Below the pieces are notes generated by a model. It had not been told where the DNA came from. It did not search any database and worked only from the letters and a program-made list of their open reading frames with translations. The position numbers were made by a program, and so were the translations under genes. Source: Candidatus Nanopusillus sp. (GTDB lineage: Archaea; Nanobdellota; Nanobdellia; Nanobdellales; Nanobdellaceae). From it: a stretch of DNA of 20,243 nt. Positions within the stretch are counted from its first letter, which is position 1, and each line of letters opens with the position of its first letter. The DNA lies in the NCBI GenBank assembly GCA_049414405.1, contig JBMSAQ010000013.1, positions 1 through 20,243 on the forward strand, read 5' to 3'. Positions 1 through 7,083 of the stretch are shown here, piece after piece.

Positions 1-3
1 GCA

Positions 4-144
4 ATGAACGAGATTTTAACATATATTACGCTTTTACTAACTGTGTCGCTTATACTAACCGCTTTCGCTATTATGATAGCATCTATAGCTTTAATTAGAA
101 TTATTAAACTAAAAAAGACAGTTGAAAGCATAGAAAAAGCCTAA
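4..144 (+). CDS. hypothetical small membrane protein (46 aa, one predicted TM helix)
   Basis: Found by hand because it falls below the ORF-track cut-off. ATG at 4, TAA at 142-144. Translation is MNEILTYITLLLTVSLILTAFAIMIASIALIRIIKLKKTVESIEKA, a hydrophobic core followed by a basic tail. Confidence 0.3.
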   Translation: MNEILTYITLLLTVSLILTAFAIMIASIALIRIIKLKKTVESIEKA

Positions 145-191
145 TAAAATAAATTATTTATAATTCTTTTGTTAATTCTTTTATATTTTCC

Positions 192-827
192 TTAATAACT
201 TTCCCATATAGCATCTTTTATCCTTTGTATAATTTTATCTTTCGCCGATGCGACCCTATAATAATTTATCATATGTTTAAATGATGTATATCCCATAAAA
301 ACAACCAATTCCTCAGGCAATAACCCCCTTGATAACATATAATCAATAAATGCATATCTTAAGGAATGTGGGTTAATTCCTAAATTTTCTTTAATGAATG
401 TGTAATAATTCTTTTTATTTATTTTATCTAAAATATCGGAATATTTTTTTAATTCATCATAATATTCAAATAATAACGGAGGTATAATAACTAATCTTTC
501 CATTTTTGACTTTCCGGCTATAATTTTCAATACTTTTTCTTTTTTCTTTAAAAATAATTGTAAACTTTTTATTGCCTCAGTAGATCTTAACCCGTTTGTT
601 AATTGTAAATATGCTATAGAATAATAAAGGAATCTACGAATATCTAATCTTTTACCTTTACCCGTTTGTAACTTTTTATATATAATTTCTAAATTTGTTT
701 TAATTTCCTTTAATGCATCATTAAAAGATATCTCACGGTACCAATGTTTTACCTCGCCACCTTGTTCTTTAATCCTTTTTGCGAATTCATTGAAATATTT
801 AATAAATGCCTTTTCATCATCTTCCAT
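192..827 (-). CDS. tyrosine recombinase / integrase (compact, 211 aa)
   Basis: Box I-like LQLTNGLRSTEAIKSL (catalytic Arg81). Box II-like HSLRYAFIDYMLSRGLLPEELVVFMGYTSFKHMINYYRV (HxxR at 154-157, candidate nucleophile Tyr189/190). The ORF is closed upstream by an in-frame stop at 852-854, so the short length is real. Confidence 0.8.
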   Translation of the reverse strand: MEDDEKAFIKYFNEFAKRIKEQGGEVKHWYREISFNDALKEIKTNLEIIYKKLQTGKGKRLDIRRFLYYSIAYLQLTNGLRSTEAIKSLQLFLKKKEKVLKIIAGKSKMERLVIIPPLLFEYYDELKKYSDILDKINKKNYYTFIKENLGINPHSLRYAFIDYMLSRGLLPEELVVFMGYTSFKHMINYYRVASAKDKIIQRIKDAIWESY

Positions 828-847
828 AATATATTTATTATACCATA

Positions 848-862
848 ACCTTTAATAAAGTC
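848..862 (-). promoter_or_regulatory. putative TATA-like box for the integrase gene (leaderless spacing)
   Basis: The minus-strand reading gactttattaaagg is centred about 28 nt upstream of the ATG at 827. There is no SD-like motif. It abuts the 857-880 palindrome. Confidence 0.35.
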
Positions 863-880
863 TATATTTTTATAGACTTT
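857..880. repeat. perfect inverted repeat AAAGTCTATA-tttt-TATAGACTTT
   Basis: The 10-bp arms at 857-866 and 871-880 are exact reverse complements with a 4-nt spacer. It lies immediately upstream of, and overlaps, the predicted integrase promoter. Confidence 0.7.
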
Positions 881-945
881 GTTAAAAAGGTGGGTTTGGG
901 TTACCCCAAAAATCTCATTAAATCTTTTTGATTTTCTTTAACAAT

Positions 946-981
946 GTCTAGGTTTTTATAGACTTTGGTCCCAAAGTCTAT
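946..981. repeat. second copy of the GTCTA..TTTTTATAGACTTT unit plus inverted repeat ATAGACTTTGG-tc-CCAAAGTCTAT
   Basis: 946-966 matches 860-880 at 19 of 21 positions as a direct repeat. 958-968 and 971-981 are exact 11-bp reverse complements. It is located just downstream of the methyltransferase stop codon (993-995). Confidence 0.7.
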
Positions 982-992
982 GTTTTACAAAG

Positions 993-1985
993 TTAATAAT
1001 TAGATACAAAAATAAGGATCCAGGTTTCCTTTTTTTCACCTTTCTTTTTTTCCATAGATCTTTTCTTTTCTAATTTTTCAACTTTATAGTTTCCTAATAT
1101 ATCTTTAATAAGATTAAAAGCTTTTTCATCAACCTTTAATAAGAATTTTCCTTTAATTTTTGTTAACATATTCGCCATATCTCTAAAATCTTTAATAGTA
1201 AATGTAATCCCATAATAATTATCGGATCTATCTGGATAAGGTGGATCTAAATAAAAAACAGTTTTCTCACTATCATATAATTGAATAACTTTTCTAAAAT
1301 CTAAATTTTCAATTGTTATATCTTGCCAATTTTTTGCAAAATCTAAAATAGCTCTTATTTCTTTTTTAAAAGATATTGCAATGTTTCTTTGTGGATTAAT
1401 TGAATAGCCAAATCCTTTTTTAGGTCCTCCCATAAAAGATGTGTTTACTAAATAGAAAAATAAAGCTGCAGCTTCCAATTCGCTTAAATTTCTATTTTTT
1501 TCTAATAATTCACGCGTTATTTTATTGAAACTACGACTATATGGCAATAAATATAATAAAAAAACAAATTCTTCGGGGTTTTCTTTAACCATTTTATAAA
1601 GTGCGGTTAATTTATCATCAATATCATTATAAATAATATTTGGAAATTTATTTCTATCAATAATTTGAGAAATATAACCACTACCACCGAAAACTTCAAC
1701 AAATGTGTATTTACCATCGCCAACCCGATATAATCTTACTAAAATTTCATTTGCAATCCAATAATCGCCACCAGCATATCGTATTATTTTTTTAATTCCT
1801 TTATTATTAATTAATTGCTCTATTTTTTCTTTTATTGTTTCTAAATCTTTTCCTATATAATGTTTTTTCCTTTTTATTTTATTATTTTCTTTAATAACAT
1901 GTATAACATATAAATATTTTTGATTTCTCCGTTTTTCGGTTAATAAATATCCTTCACTATTACAAACAGGACATATAATTTTCAT
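993..1985 (-). CDS. N6-adenine DNA methyltransferase, Dam-like (D12 class, alpha-type motif order), with an N-terminal ~60-aa CxxC extension
   Basis: Dam-family motifs appear in the canonical order: IRYAGGDYW (compare AGGK), VEVFGGSGY (FxGxG AdoMet site), NIIYNDIDDKLTALY (NDIN..L..Y), and YLDPPYPDRS (DPPY catalytic motif, nt 1236-1247). The N-terminus is MKIICPVCNSEGYL...YLYVIHV...KHYIGK. Confidence 0.85.
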   Translation of the reverse strand: MKIICPVCNSEGYLLTEKRRNQKYLYVIHVIKENNKIKRKKHYIGKDLETIKEKIEQLINNKGIKKIIRYAGGDYWIANEILVRLYRVGDGKYTFVEVFGGSGYISQIIDRNKFPNIIYNDIDDKLTALYKMVKENPEEFVFLLYLLPYSRSFNKITRELLEKNRNLSELEAAALFFYLVNTSFMGGPKKGFGYSINPQRNIAISFKKEIRAILDFAKNWQDITIENLDFRKVIQLYDSEKTVFYLDPPYPDRSDNYYGITFTIKDFRDMANMLTKIKGKFLLKVDEKAFNLIKDILGNYKVEKLEKKRSMEKKKGEKKETWILIFVSNY

Positions 1986-2007
1986 ATTATAAAATTTATA
2001 TTACTTA

Positions 2008-2016
2008 ATAATATAA
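2008..2016 (-). promoter_or_regulatory. putative TATA-like box for the methyltransferase gene
   Basis: The minus strand reads tttatattat, centred about 27 nt upstream of the ATG at 1985. Confidence 0.3.
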
Positions 2017-2038
2017 AATTAATATAAAATGTTTTTCT

Positions 2039-2084
2039 CCAAAAATGGGGTAAAAAGTTATTTACCCAAAAATGGGATAAAAAG
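2039..2084. repeat. two 19-nt direct repeats CCAAAAATGGGRTAAAAAG with 27-nt period
   Basis: 2039-2057 and 2066-2084 are identical at 18 of 19 positions. The related string TTACCC(C)AAAAAT also occurs at 901-913 in the other intergenic region flanking the methyltransferase. Confidence 0.65.
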
Positions 2085-2085
2085 G

Positions 2086-2133
2086 ACTTTATAAACTTTA
2101 TACATTGTATACAGTGTATAAGGTTTATAAAGT
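2086..2133. promoter_or_regulatory. 48-bp near-perfect palindrome containing mirrored TATA-like boxes (divergent promoter/operator, or origin-like element)
   Basis: The outer arms ACTTTATAAAC (2086-2096) and GTTTATAAAGT (2123-2133) are exact reverse complements. The inner 26 nt are self-complementary at 22 of 26 positions, centred on TGTA|TACA (2109/2110). The right-arm TATA is about 27 nt upstream of the ATG at 2155. Confidence 0.55.
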
Positions 2134-2154
2134 TTATACATCATATAATATTAT

Positions 2155-2343
2155 ATGGTAAATGAAGAACCCCCATATGGAACCACTGCGTGGTACTTTT
2201 TTGAAATAGATGAAAGGCAAAGGCAAATATATGGGTTAATATTTGATATAGATACAAAGATAGCAAAAATAAAAGAATTATTGAATGAAATAGATATATT
2301 AAGAGCTCAATTAGAAACTAATGTTAATATAGGAAAAATATAG
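2155..2343 (+). CDS. hypothetical small soluble protein (62 aa), first gene of the rightward operon
   Basis: The ORF has a predicted C-terminal amphipathic/coiled-coil helix (IAKIKELLNEIDILRAQLE). Promoter spacing is appropriate, and the next gene starts 1 nt after its stop. Confidence 0.5.
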   Translation: MVNEEPPYGTTAWYFFEIDERQRQIYGLIFDIDTKIAKIKELLNEIDILRAQLETNVNIGKI

Positions 2344-2344
2344 A

Positions 2345-2866
2345 ATGGACATATTAAATATAATATTGTTAGCTCTAATAACTTTCTATATAATTTATGT
2401 AATATTTATTAAAATAAAAAAGAAAAATTCAGAAATTGGAGATTATGTAGTTGAAAAAATAGCTGAATTATTTGTAATTATGCCAATTCCTATATTTGTT
2501 GCCCTTTATTCTTTAACTCAGTCTACAGTTCTTCTTTATTTAGCTGTAATTTTAGGGATGGCACTTTTATTTATAGAAGGTAAAACAACCAACCTACACT
2601 TATTGAAGGAAATTAAAAACAACACAAATAAGCATAATTTAGAGAAACTCTTTATAAAATTATTTATGAATATACTACCATTTGCATTATCTGTAATGAT
2701 ACTATATAGTCTTTTATTATTAATAATGTTTCCACTAAATATAGTCTTAATAGATACAGTCCTCATGATAATGCCTCTATTAATAGTAATAATAATGGGA
2801 AATATAATGACTTCTATTTTAATGTATAATAATATTAAAAGGCAAAAACAACAAATAAATCACTAA
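2345..2866 (+). CDS. hypothetical polytopic membrane protein (173 aa)
   Basis: Several hydrophobic helices separated by short charged loops. It is tightly packed in a same-strand gene array. The antisense ORF 2536-2766 is judged spurious. Confidence 0.6.
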   Translation: MDILNIILLALITFYIIYVIFIKIKKKNSEIGDYVVEKIAELFVIMPIPIFVALYSLTQSTVLLYLAVILGMALLFIEGKTTNLHLLKEIKNNTNKHNLEKLFIKLFMNILPFALSVMILYSLLLLIMFPLNIVLIDTVLMIMPLLIVIIMGNIMTSILMYNNIKRQKQQINH

Positions 2867-2877
2867 AATATAAAAAT

Positions 2878-3189
2878 ATGTTATTAAAAATAATAAATCA
2901 AAAAATAAAAGAAATGGATGATAAAAAAATGAGAAGTCTTTATGAAACATTCTCATGGCTAATTCTTTTTATATTATTATTTGGTGCAATGTATCATAAA
3001 GCCATAGAAAAGAGTAAAGAATTAGAAACAGTAGATTTAATAATGTTACTTATGGAATCGCTTACATCTGCACCATTTTATATTTTAATAGCAGTAGAAT
3101 TATTATTAATTGTTCTATTTATAGATACCTGGGATAAAATGGTTAAAAAAATTAGAAAAAATAAATTAAAAAATGGCCAAAGTAGATAA
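2878..3189 (+). CDS. hypothetical membrane protein (103 aa, ~2 TM, basic C-terminus)
   Basis: Two hydrophobic segments (WLILFILLFGAMY and FYILIAVELLLIVLFI) and a Lys-rich tail. It starts 11 nt after the previous stop. Confidence 0.55.
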   Translation: MLLKIINQKIKEMDDKKMRSLYETFSWLILFILLFGAMYHKAIEKSKELETVDLIMLLMESLTSAPFYILIAVELLLIVLFIDTWDKMVKKIRKNKLKNGQSR

Positions 3190-3207
3190 AGAAAAATTAG
3201 CAAATAA

Positions 3208-3396
3208 ATGACTAAAATAACGATTAAAATTTCGTATGATAATTACATAGAATATAAACAAATACTCGCAAAAATAGAAGGATTAGCAAAAACTTTAAAT
3301 ATAAATCATTATAGGTTAAGATATCTAATATTAAAAGAATTTGCAAATAATGAAAAATGGCAAAATGAATTAATAGAAAAATTAAAGAAAATATGA
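3208..3396 (+). CDS. hypothetical small soluble protein (62 aa); possible ribbon-helix-helix-like DNA binder
   Basis: The N-terminal beta-like KITIKIS is followed by two predicted helices, which is an RHH-like pattern but not diagnostic. It is the only non-membrane protein inside the membrane-protein island. Confidence 0.45.
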   Translation: MTKITIKISYDNYIEYKQILAKIEGLAKTLNINHYRLRYLILKEFANNEKWQNELIEKLKKI

Positions 3397-3500
3397 ATAT
3401 ATCCCCTATTGATTTATTAGTAATAGCTTTTATAATTAGTGCAATTGTTTTAGCTTTAGAGGATGAAATAGCTGAAAATTGCAAAGATAAAAAACAATGA
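3393..3500 (+). CDS. hypothetical micro-protein (35 aa, single TM)
   Basis: Found by hand. The ATG at 3393 overlaps the preceding TGA as ATGA. Translation is MNISPIDLLVIAFIISAIVLALEDEIAENCKDKKQ, with a stop at 3498-3500. Confidence 0.3.
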   Translation: MNISPIDLLVIAFIISAIVLALEDEIAENCKDKKQ

Positions 3501-3522
3501 AGAATAACTAAGATAAAGAAGA

Positions 3523-3870
3523 ATGGATAAAAAAGATATAAAAAAGCCTATGGAAAAGATTATCATGCCATGTTGTATAAAAGATAATAGAGATAATATA
3601 AATAATAAAGATATTATTGGAGAACAGATAAGTATTATTACTGAAAAATATTTTGAAATATATGTTACTTTTATGTTTTCAAATATTATTATCATTGCTT
3701 TAGTAGATAATATATTAAATATGCCTATAATGAAAAGTATATTTATGTTTATTATGATTTTTGGAGCTATTATTTTAGCACTTATATATTTTTTAGAAAT
3801 ATATGCATTATTAGAAAAATCGAAAAGCAAAAGAGACCAAAATGAATTGTTAAAAATAAATAATGAATAA
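3523..3870 (+). CDS. hypothetical membrane protein (115 aa; charged N-terminus, 2 TM)
   Basis: It is on the same strand as its neighbours and its end overlaps the next start (3863). I prefer it over the antisense ORF 3456-3902, which is low-complexity Ile/Leu/Phe. Confidence 0.5.
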   Translation: MDKKDIKKPMEKIIMPCCIKDNRDNINNKDIIGEQISIITEKYFEIYVTFMFSNIIIIALVDNILNMPIMKSIFMFIMIFGAIILALIYFLEIYALLEKSKSKRDQNELLKINNE

Positions 3871-4366
3871 AAAATGTATAAATAAACAAGAAGAAATAAC
3901 ATATGTAGGTCCTGTCGCTTTACTTTTTTTAATGCTTATTGGTTTTCCATTTTTTCTTGTTTTATTTCATAATTTATTAATTCATGGGCCTAATTTTTTA
4001 AGTGATGAAGGGAGCATAATATCTATAGGTGTTATTTTAGGAATTAATCTTATTATATTTGATTCTTTTATAAGATTAAATACTTATGTAAAAAATGGAC
4101 AAATAGATAAGGAAGAAAAGCATGCAGCTTTTCTTACATATAGTCTCTATTTGGCGTTGTTAAATTTCCCGCTTTTCATCGTTATAATTCTTTTTTTATT
4201 AGATGTTTTGCCAAATACATATAATATAAAGGATATAGTCATTAGTATTTCTACTTTAGGATATCTTTTTATTATAATATTTATTATCATAAAAATAATT
4301 ACTTTTCCAAATAATGAGAATTCTAAAGAGGCTAAAGATTTAGAAAAATATAAAGATGAATCATGA
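3863..4366 (+). CDS. hypothetical polytopic membrane protein (167 aa)
   Basis: About 4 hydrophobic helices and an acidic/basic C-terminal tail. It shares an ATGA overlap with the next gene at 4363-4366. Confidence 0.6.
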   Translation: MNKKCINKQEEITYVGPVALLFLMLIGFPFFLVLFHNLLIHGPNFLSDEGSIISIGVILGINLIIFDSFIRLNTYVKNGQIDKEEKHAAFLTYSLYLALLNFPLFIVIILFLLDVLPNTYNIKDIVISISTLGYLFIIIFIIIKIITFPNNENSKEAKDLEKYKDES

Positions 4367-4785
4367 ATAAAAAAATAATAAAAAATCTTTCTGAAATTCT
4401 TGCAGGAATTACATATTTTATATTACTTTTTAGTATAATATACTATACAATAAAAAATAATTTACCAATATCAATATCCACTATAGCAAAAATAGGATAT
4501 TATATTCCACCTTATATTAAAATACTTATAATGGTATTATTTATTGCATCACTTATAATTAAGTTATATGAAATAAATAAAGATACAAATATAGAAGGTA
4601 AAGATTATATAACAGCAATTATATTAGTTATGTTGCTATCTACACTTACGCTTTTTACATTATATATTATTGGAATAAGTTCTATACCTTTATATCCAAA
4701 TTCATGTACTAATAATAGCACAATAACTCTAATTATAATTGACTTATACTGTCAAAACTTTCTTAACATTGAAAACAAAAAATAA
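4363..4785 (+). CDS. hypothetical polytopic membrane protein (140 aa)
   Basis: Hydrophobic helices and an ATGA-coupled start. It is followed by a 38-nt gap carrying a TATA-like box. Confidence 0.6.
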   Translation: MNKKIIKNLSEILAGITYFILLFSIIYYTIKNNLPISISTIAKIGYYIPPYIKILIMVLFIASLIIKLYEINKDTNIEGKDYITAIILVMLLSTLTLFTLYIIGISSIPLYPNSCTNNSTITLIIIDLYCQNFLNIENKK

Positions 4786-4791
4786 GATTTA

Positions 4792-4803
4792 CTTTATAAA
4801 TAA
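4792..4803 (+). promoter_or_regulatory. putative TATA-like box (ctttataaataa)
   Basis: It is centred about 27 nt upstream of the ATG at 4824, with no SD motif. It shares the CTTTATAAA core with the arms of the 2086-2133 palindrome. Confidence 0.4.
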
Positions 4804-4823
4804 TTATAAACAAAATATATAAT

Positions 4824-5249
4824 ATGGCAGATACAAATTTAACTTATAATATTACAATGATCATAACCCCTGGGGATATATCATCTATATACTACTATCC
4901 TATATTGTTTTTATTCTTAATGATTTTACCAATAATTATTATTTTTGTAACATTAAAGCTTAAGCTATCTGAAGAAGCAAAAATAATTATTTTCTTTTTA
5001 AATTTAGTATTTTCTTTATTTTTGCCTATATTACTTACTGCTATTTATATGGAATTTCAAACATTAACTAATATCTATGGTCAACTTAATCTTTATAATC
5101 AAATAATCTTTAATATTATGACGGTACAAAACTTTATGATGTTTAGTTATCTTATTTCTATATTGTATCAAGGTTTATGGTTATTTATCACAGCATATAT
5201 TTTTGTTAATCTGTTTTTAATGATAGCATATATGATTAAAAAATGGTAA
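4824..5249 (+). CDS. hypothetical polytopic membrane protein (141 aa)
   Basis: About 4 hydrophobic helices. It has its own promoter-like element. Confidence 0.6.
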   Translation: MADTNLTYNITMIITPGDISSIYYYPILFLFLMILPIIIIFVTLKLKLSEEAKIIIFFLNLVFSLFLPILLTAIYMEFQTLTNIYGQLNLYNQIIFNIMTVQNFMMFSYLISILYQGLWLFITAYIFVNLFLMIAYMIKKW

Positions 5250-5250
5250 A

Positions 5251-5261
5251 AATATATAAAT
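5251..5261 (+). promoter_or_regulatory. putative TATA-like box (aatatataaat)
   Basis: It is centred about 28 nt upstream of the ATG at 5284. Confidence 0.4.
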
Positions 5262-5283
5262 CAATTAAAATATATTATATATT

Positions 5284-5571
5284 ATGGTGGGCCTAGTGCC
5301 AAAAAGATTTACTTTTGGCGTAGCAATATGGGCTTTTATAATGAGCTTTACCTTAAATTATACAATATTATATATGATACCTACTATATTAACAGCTCCT
5401 CTATTATCTATTATAGCAATGGCTGGGGTATTTTATATTGTAGCATTAACATGGTACCTTATGCATAGAGTAGATACTTATAACCCATATAATGCATGGA
5501 AAGCATATGTATTGTTAATAATATTTTATGGTGTTATGGCCTTAATCATTTATTTAGCTTTTAGAATATAA
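5284..5571 (+). CDS. hypothetical membrane protein (95 aa, ~3 TM)
   Basis: Hydrophobic helices. Composition is slightly less AT-biased than the preceding genes. Confidence 0.6.
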   Translation: MVGLVPKRFTFGVAIWAFIMSFTLNYTILYMIPTILTAPLLSIIAMAGVFYIVALTWYLMHRVDTYNPYNAWKAYVLLIIFYGVMALIIYLAFRI

Positions 5572-5573
5572 AT

Positions 5574-6005
5574 ATGTTTGAAAAAGAAAAAAACGAAATC
5601 CGGAACTTAATAATAAAACACGTAGTAGAAGAATTACAGAGAAGGCAAAATTTAACTATAGTTAATATAAACCCATTGGAATATGAAATAACTAAAGTAA
5701 TAAGAGAATCTATTAAAAGAAGTTACTATATAAATGATGATAAACAAAGATCTTTAGCCTATAAGATATCATCTGTAGTAAATGATTTATATAGCGAAGT
5801 TTTAGAATTACATATGATTTTAGATTCTGGAACGGTAAAAGATGAACCTACTAAAATGTTATTAGCTCGTGCAATTTGGTATTTATCATCTAAAATATAT
5901 TCATTAACAAATAAGTATGAAACCGTAACACAAGAAAATGCGACTATAAAGCTAAATATACCATTAAATACAAACCAAAATGTTCAAAAACCTCAGGGTT
6001 TTTAA
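5574..6005 (+). CDS. hypothetical soluble helical protein (143 aa); N-terminus resembles that of the 8031-8363 product
   Basis: It starts 2 nt after the previous stop. The shared pattern xRN[IL][VI][LI]xH[IV][LV][DE] is followed, 29 residues later, by a second similar block. Confidence 0.6.
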   Translation: MFEKEKNEIRNLIIKHVVEELQRRQNLTIVNINPLEYEITKVIRESIKRSYYINDDKQRSLAYKISSVVNDLYSEVLELHMILDSGTVKDEPTKMLLARAIWYLSSKIYSLTNKYETVTQENATIKLNIPLNTNQNVQKPQGF

Positions 6006-6762
6006 TAAATTTAATAACCAATTAGATAGGGTATATGTGATATATTGGGAACCCCCATATACTTATTTAGCTGAGGCCCACCCTTTATTATCGGAGGTAT
6101 TTAAAGGTTTTATAGATAAATGGACTATTATTTCGGATAATCAAGAAAAAGAAATATATGCTATAGTATTATTTTATGGTTTGCCGATAACAAAATACCC
6201 AAAAAATGAATTAGATCCTAATTTAGAACATTTAGAAAATGCGACCAGTAAACATGCATATTATAGAAGTGCGATGATATATCTTTTAGAATATTTAGAA
6301 AATTTAGATTATGGGCAATTTAAGTTATTATTAGATTTAATGACTAAAAAAATAGGGGTTCCTGTTAAGGTAAAAGAATTAGAGGGTAAGAATATAAGTT
6401 TACATACCGGAGTATTTAAAGGAAAATTAAATGATATTTATCTTTTAATACAGGAAGGTAAAAATATAGATATAACAGTACCTAGTGGTGTAAGATGGTT
6501 TGGTATTTTTGGATTTTCATATATGTTTAAAATTTTGGGTGAAGCAATTAAGAGAGACCCACGTATGTTATTCTTTTTAATGGCTGGAATATTTTTAGCA
6601 GGTTTAATAATAGCTGGTGTAATATTTATGTATAAAGCTTTTGGTATATTAAATACGGGTTCATCAAATCCAGGAACTTTTACTATAATTGAAGTAAATG
6701 GAACTGAATGTATTGCTATGAATGGTCAATGTGTTTACTATGTAAATCCGGCCGTACCATAA
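5980..6762 (+). CDS. hypothetical protein (260 aa) with a single C-terminal TM helix and a short Cys-containing ectodomain tail
   Basis: A soluble N-terminal domain, then the TM helix MLFFLMAGIFLAGLIIAGVIFMY, then NGTECIAMNGQCVYY. The start is uncertain because it overlaps the previous gene by 26 nt. Confidence 0.6.
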   Translation: MFKNLRVFNKFNNQLDRVYVIYWEPPYTYLAEAHPLLSEVFKGFIDKWTIISDNQEKEIYAIVLFYGLPITKYPKNELDPNLEHLENATSKHAYYRSAMIYLLEYLENLDYGQFKLLLDLMTKKIGVPVKVKELEGKNISLHTGVFKGKLNDIYLLIQEGKNIDITVPSGVRWFGIFGFSYMFKILGEAIKRDPRMLFFLMAGIFLAGLIIAGVIFMYKAFGILNTGSSNPGTFTIIEVNGTECIAMNGQCVYYVNPAVP

Positions 6763-6765
6763 TTT

Positions 6766-7083
6766 TTATAAACTATTTTCTACAATAATAGAATTTTCAT
6801 ATGTTCTCTTAAAAACATAAATCTCTAATTCTTTAGTAAATAATTTTAAAGGTCTTTTAGTGTTATTATCATATTCTAAAATAATGGTGCCTTTTATATA
6901 TTTGTTATTTCCGATAATACTTTTAATTCTTAAACCTAATTGAGATGCTAATTTAGATAAATCACGTCCAAAATATTTAGGAATTTCGGGGATAGCACTG
7001 CCGACCCCAGCATAAATATGTTCTATAAATTTTCTACTCGCAGGGTTTACGGGGGTTGTTATTTTTATTGCTATTTCTCCCAT
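6766..7083 (-). CDS. hypothetical 105-aa protein, the only antisense gene inside the rightward gene array; candidate regulator
   Basis: I place the start at the internal Met (MGEIAIKITTPV..., ATG at 7083-7081). This removes the overlap with the 7118 gene and gives a TATA-like box at the right distance. The function is inferred from position only. Confidence 0.5.
   Translation of the reverse strand: MGEIAIKITTPVNPASRKFIEHIYAGVGSAIPEIPKYFGRDLSKLASQLGLRIKSIIGNNKYIKGTIILEYDNNTKRPLKLFTKELEIYVFKRTYENSIIVENSL

Noticed and set aside
881-992. A possible tRNA gene or att core next to the integrase (the slightly GC-richer stretch ggtgggtttgggttacccc)
   Set aside because: It is far too short and lacks cloverleaf-compatible stems or T-loop/D-loop consensus. 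Only a 3-4 bp hairpin is possible. tRNAs of thermophilic archaea would appear as a ~75-nt GC-rich block, and none exists in the window.
993-2343. A restriction-modification system (a methyltransferase with a partner endonuclease)
   Set aside because: The flanking ORFs are a tyrosine recombinase and a 62-aa protein without nuclease motifs (no PD-(D/E)xK, HNH or GIY-YIG that I can see). I therefore treat the methyltransferase as orphan.
3208-3500. A toxin-antitoxin pair (RHH-like 62-aa protein coupled by ATGA to a 35-aa membrane peptide)
   Set aside because: The arrangement is suggestive, but the RHH assignment is weak because helix A is longer than usual. The micro-ORF is unverified, and identical ATGA coupling is used throughout the operon, so there is no specific evidence for a TA module.
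3456-3902. A 148-aa minus-strand ORF, with the neighbouring 3224-3484 and 2536-2766 minus-strand ORFs
   Set aside because: They are low-complexity Ile/Leu/Phe/Ser translations lying antisense to a coherent, translationally coupled plus-strand gene array. This is the typical shadow-ORF pattern of AT-rich coding DNA, and none has promoter-like spacing.
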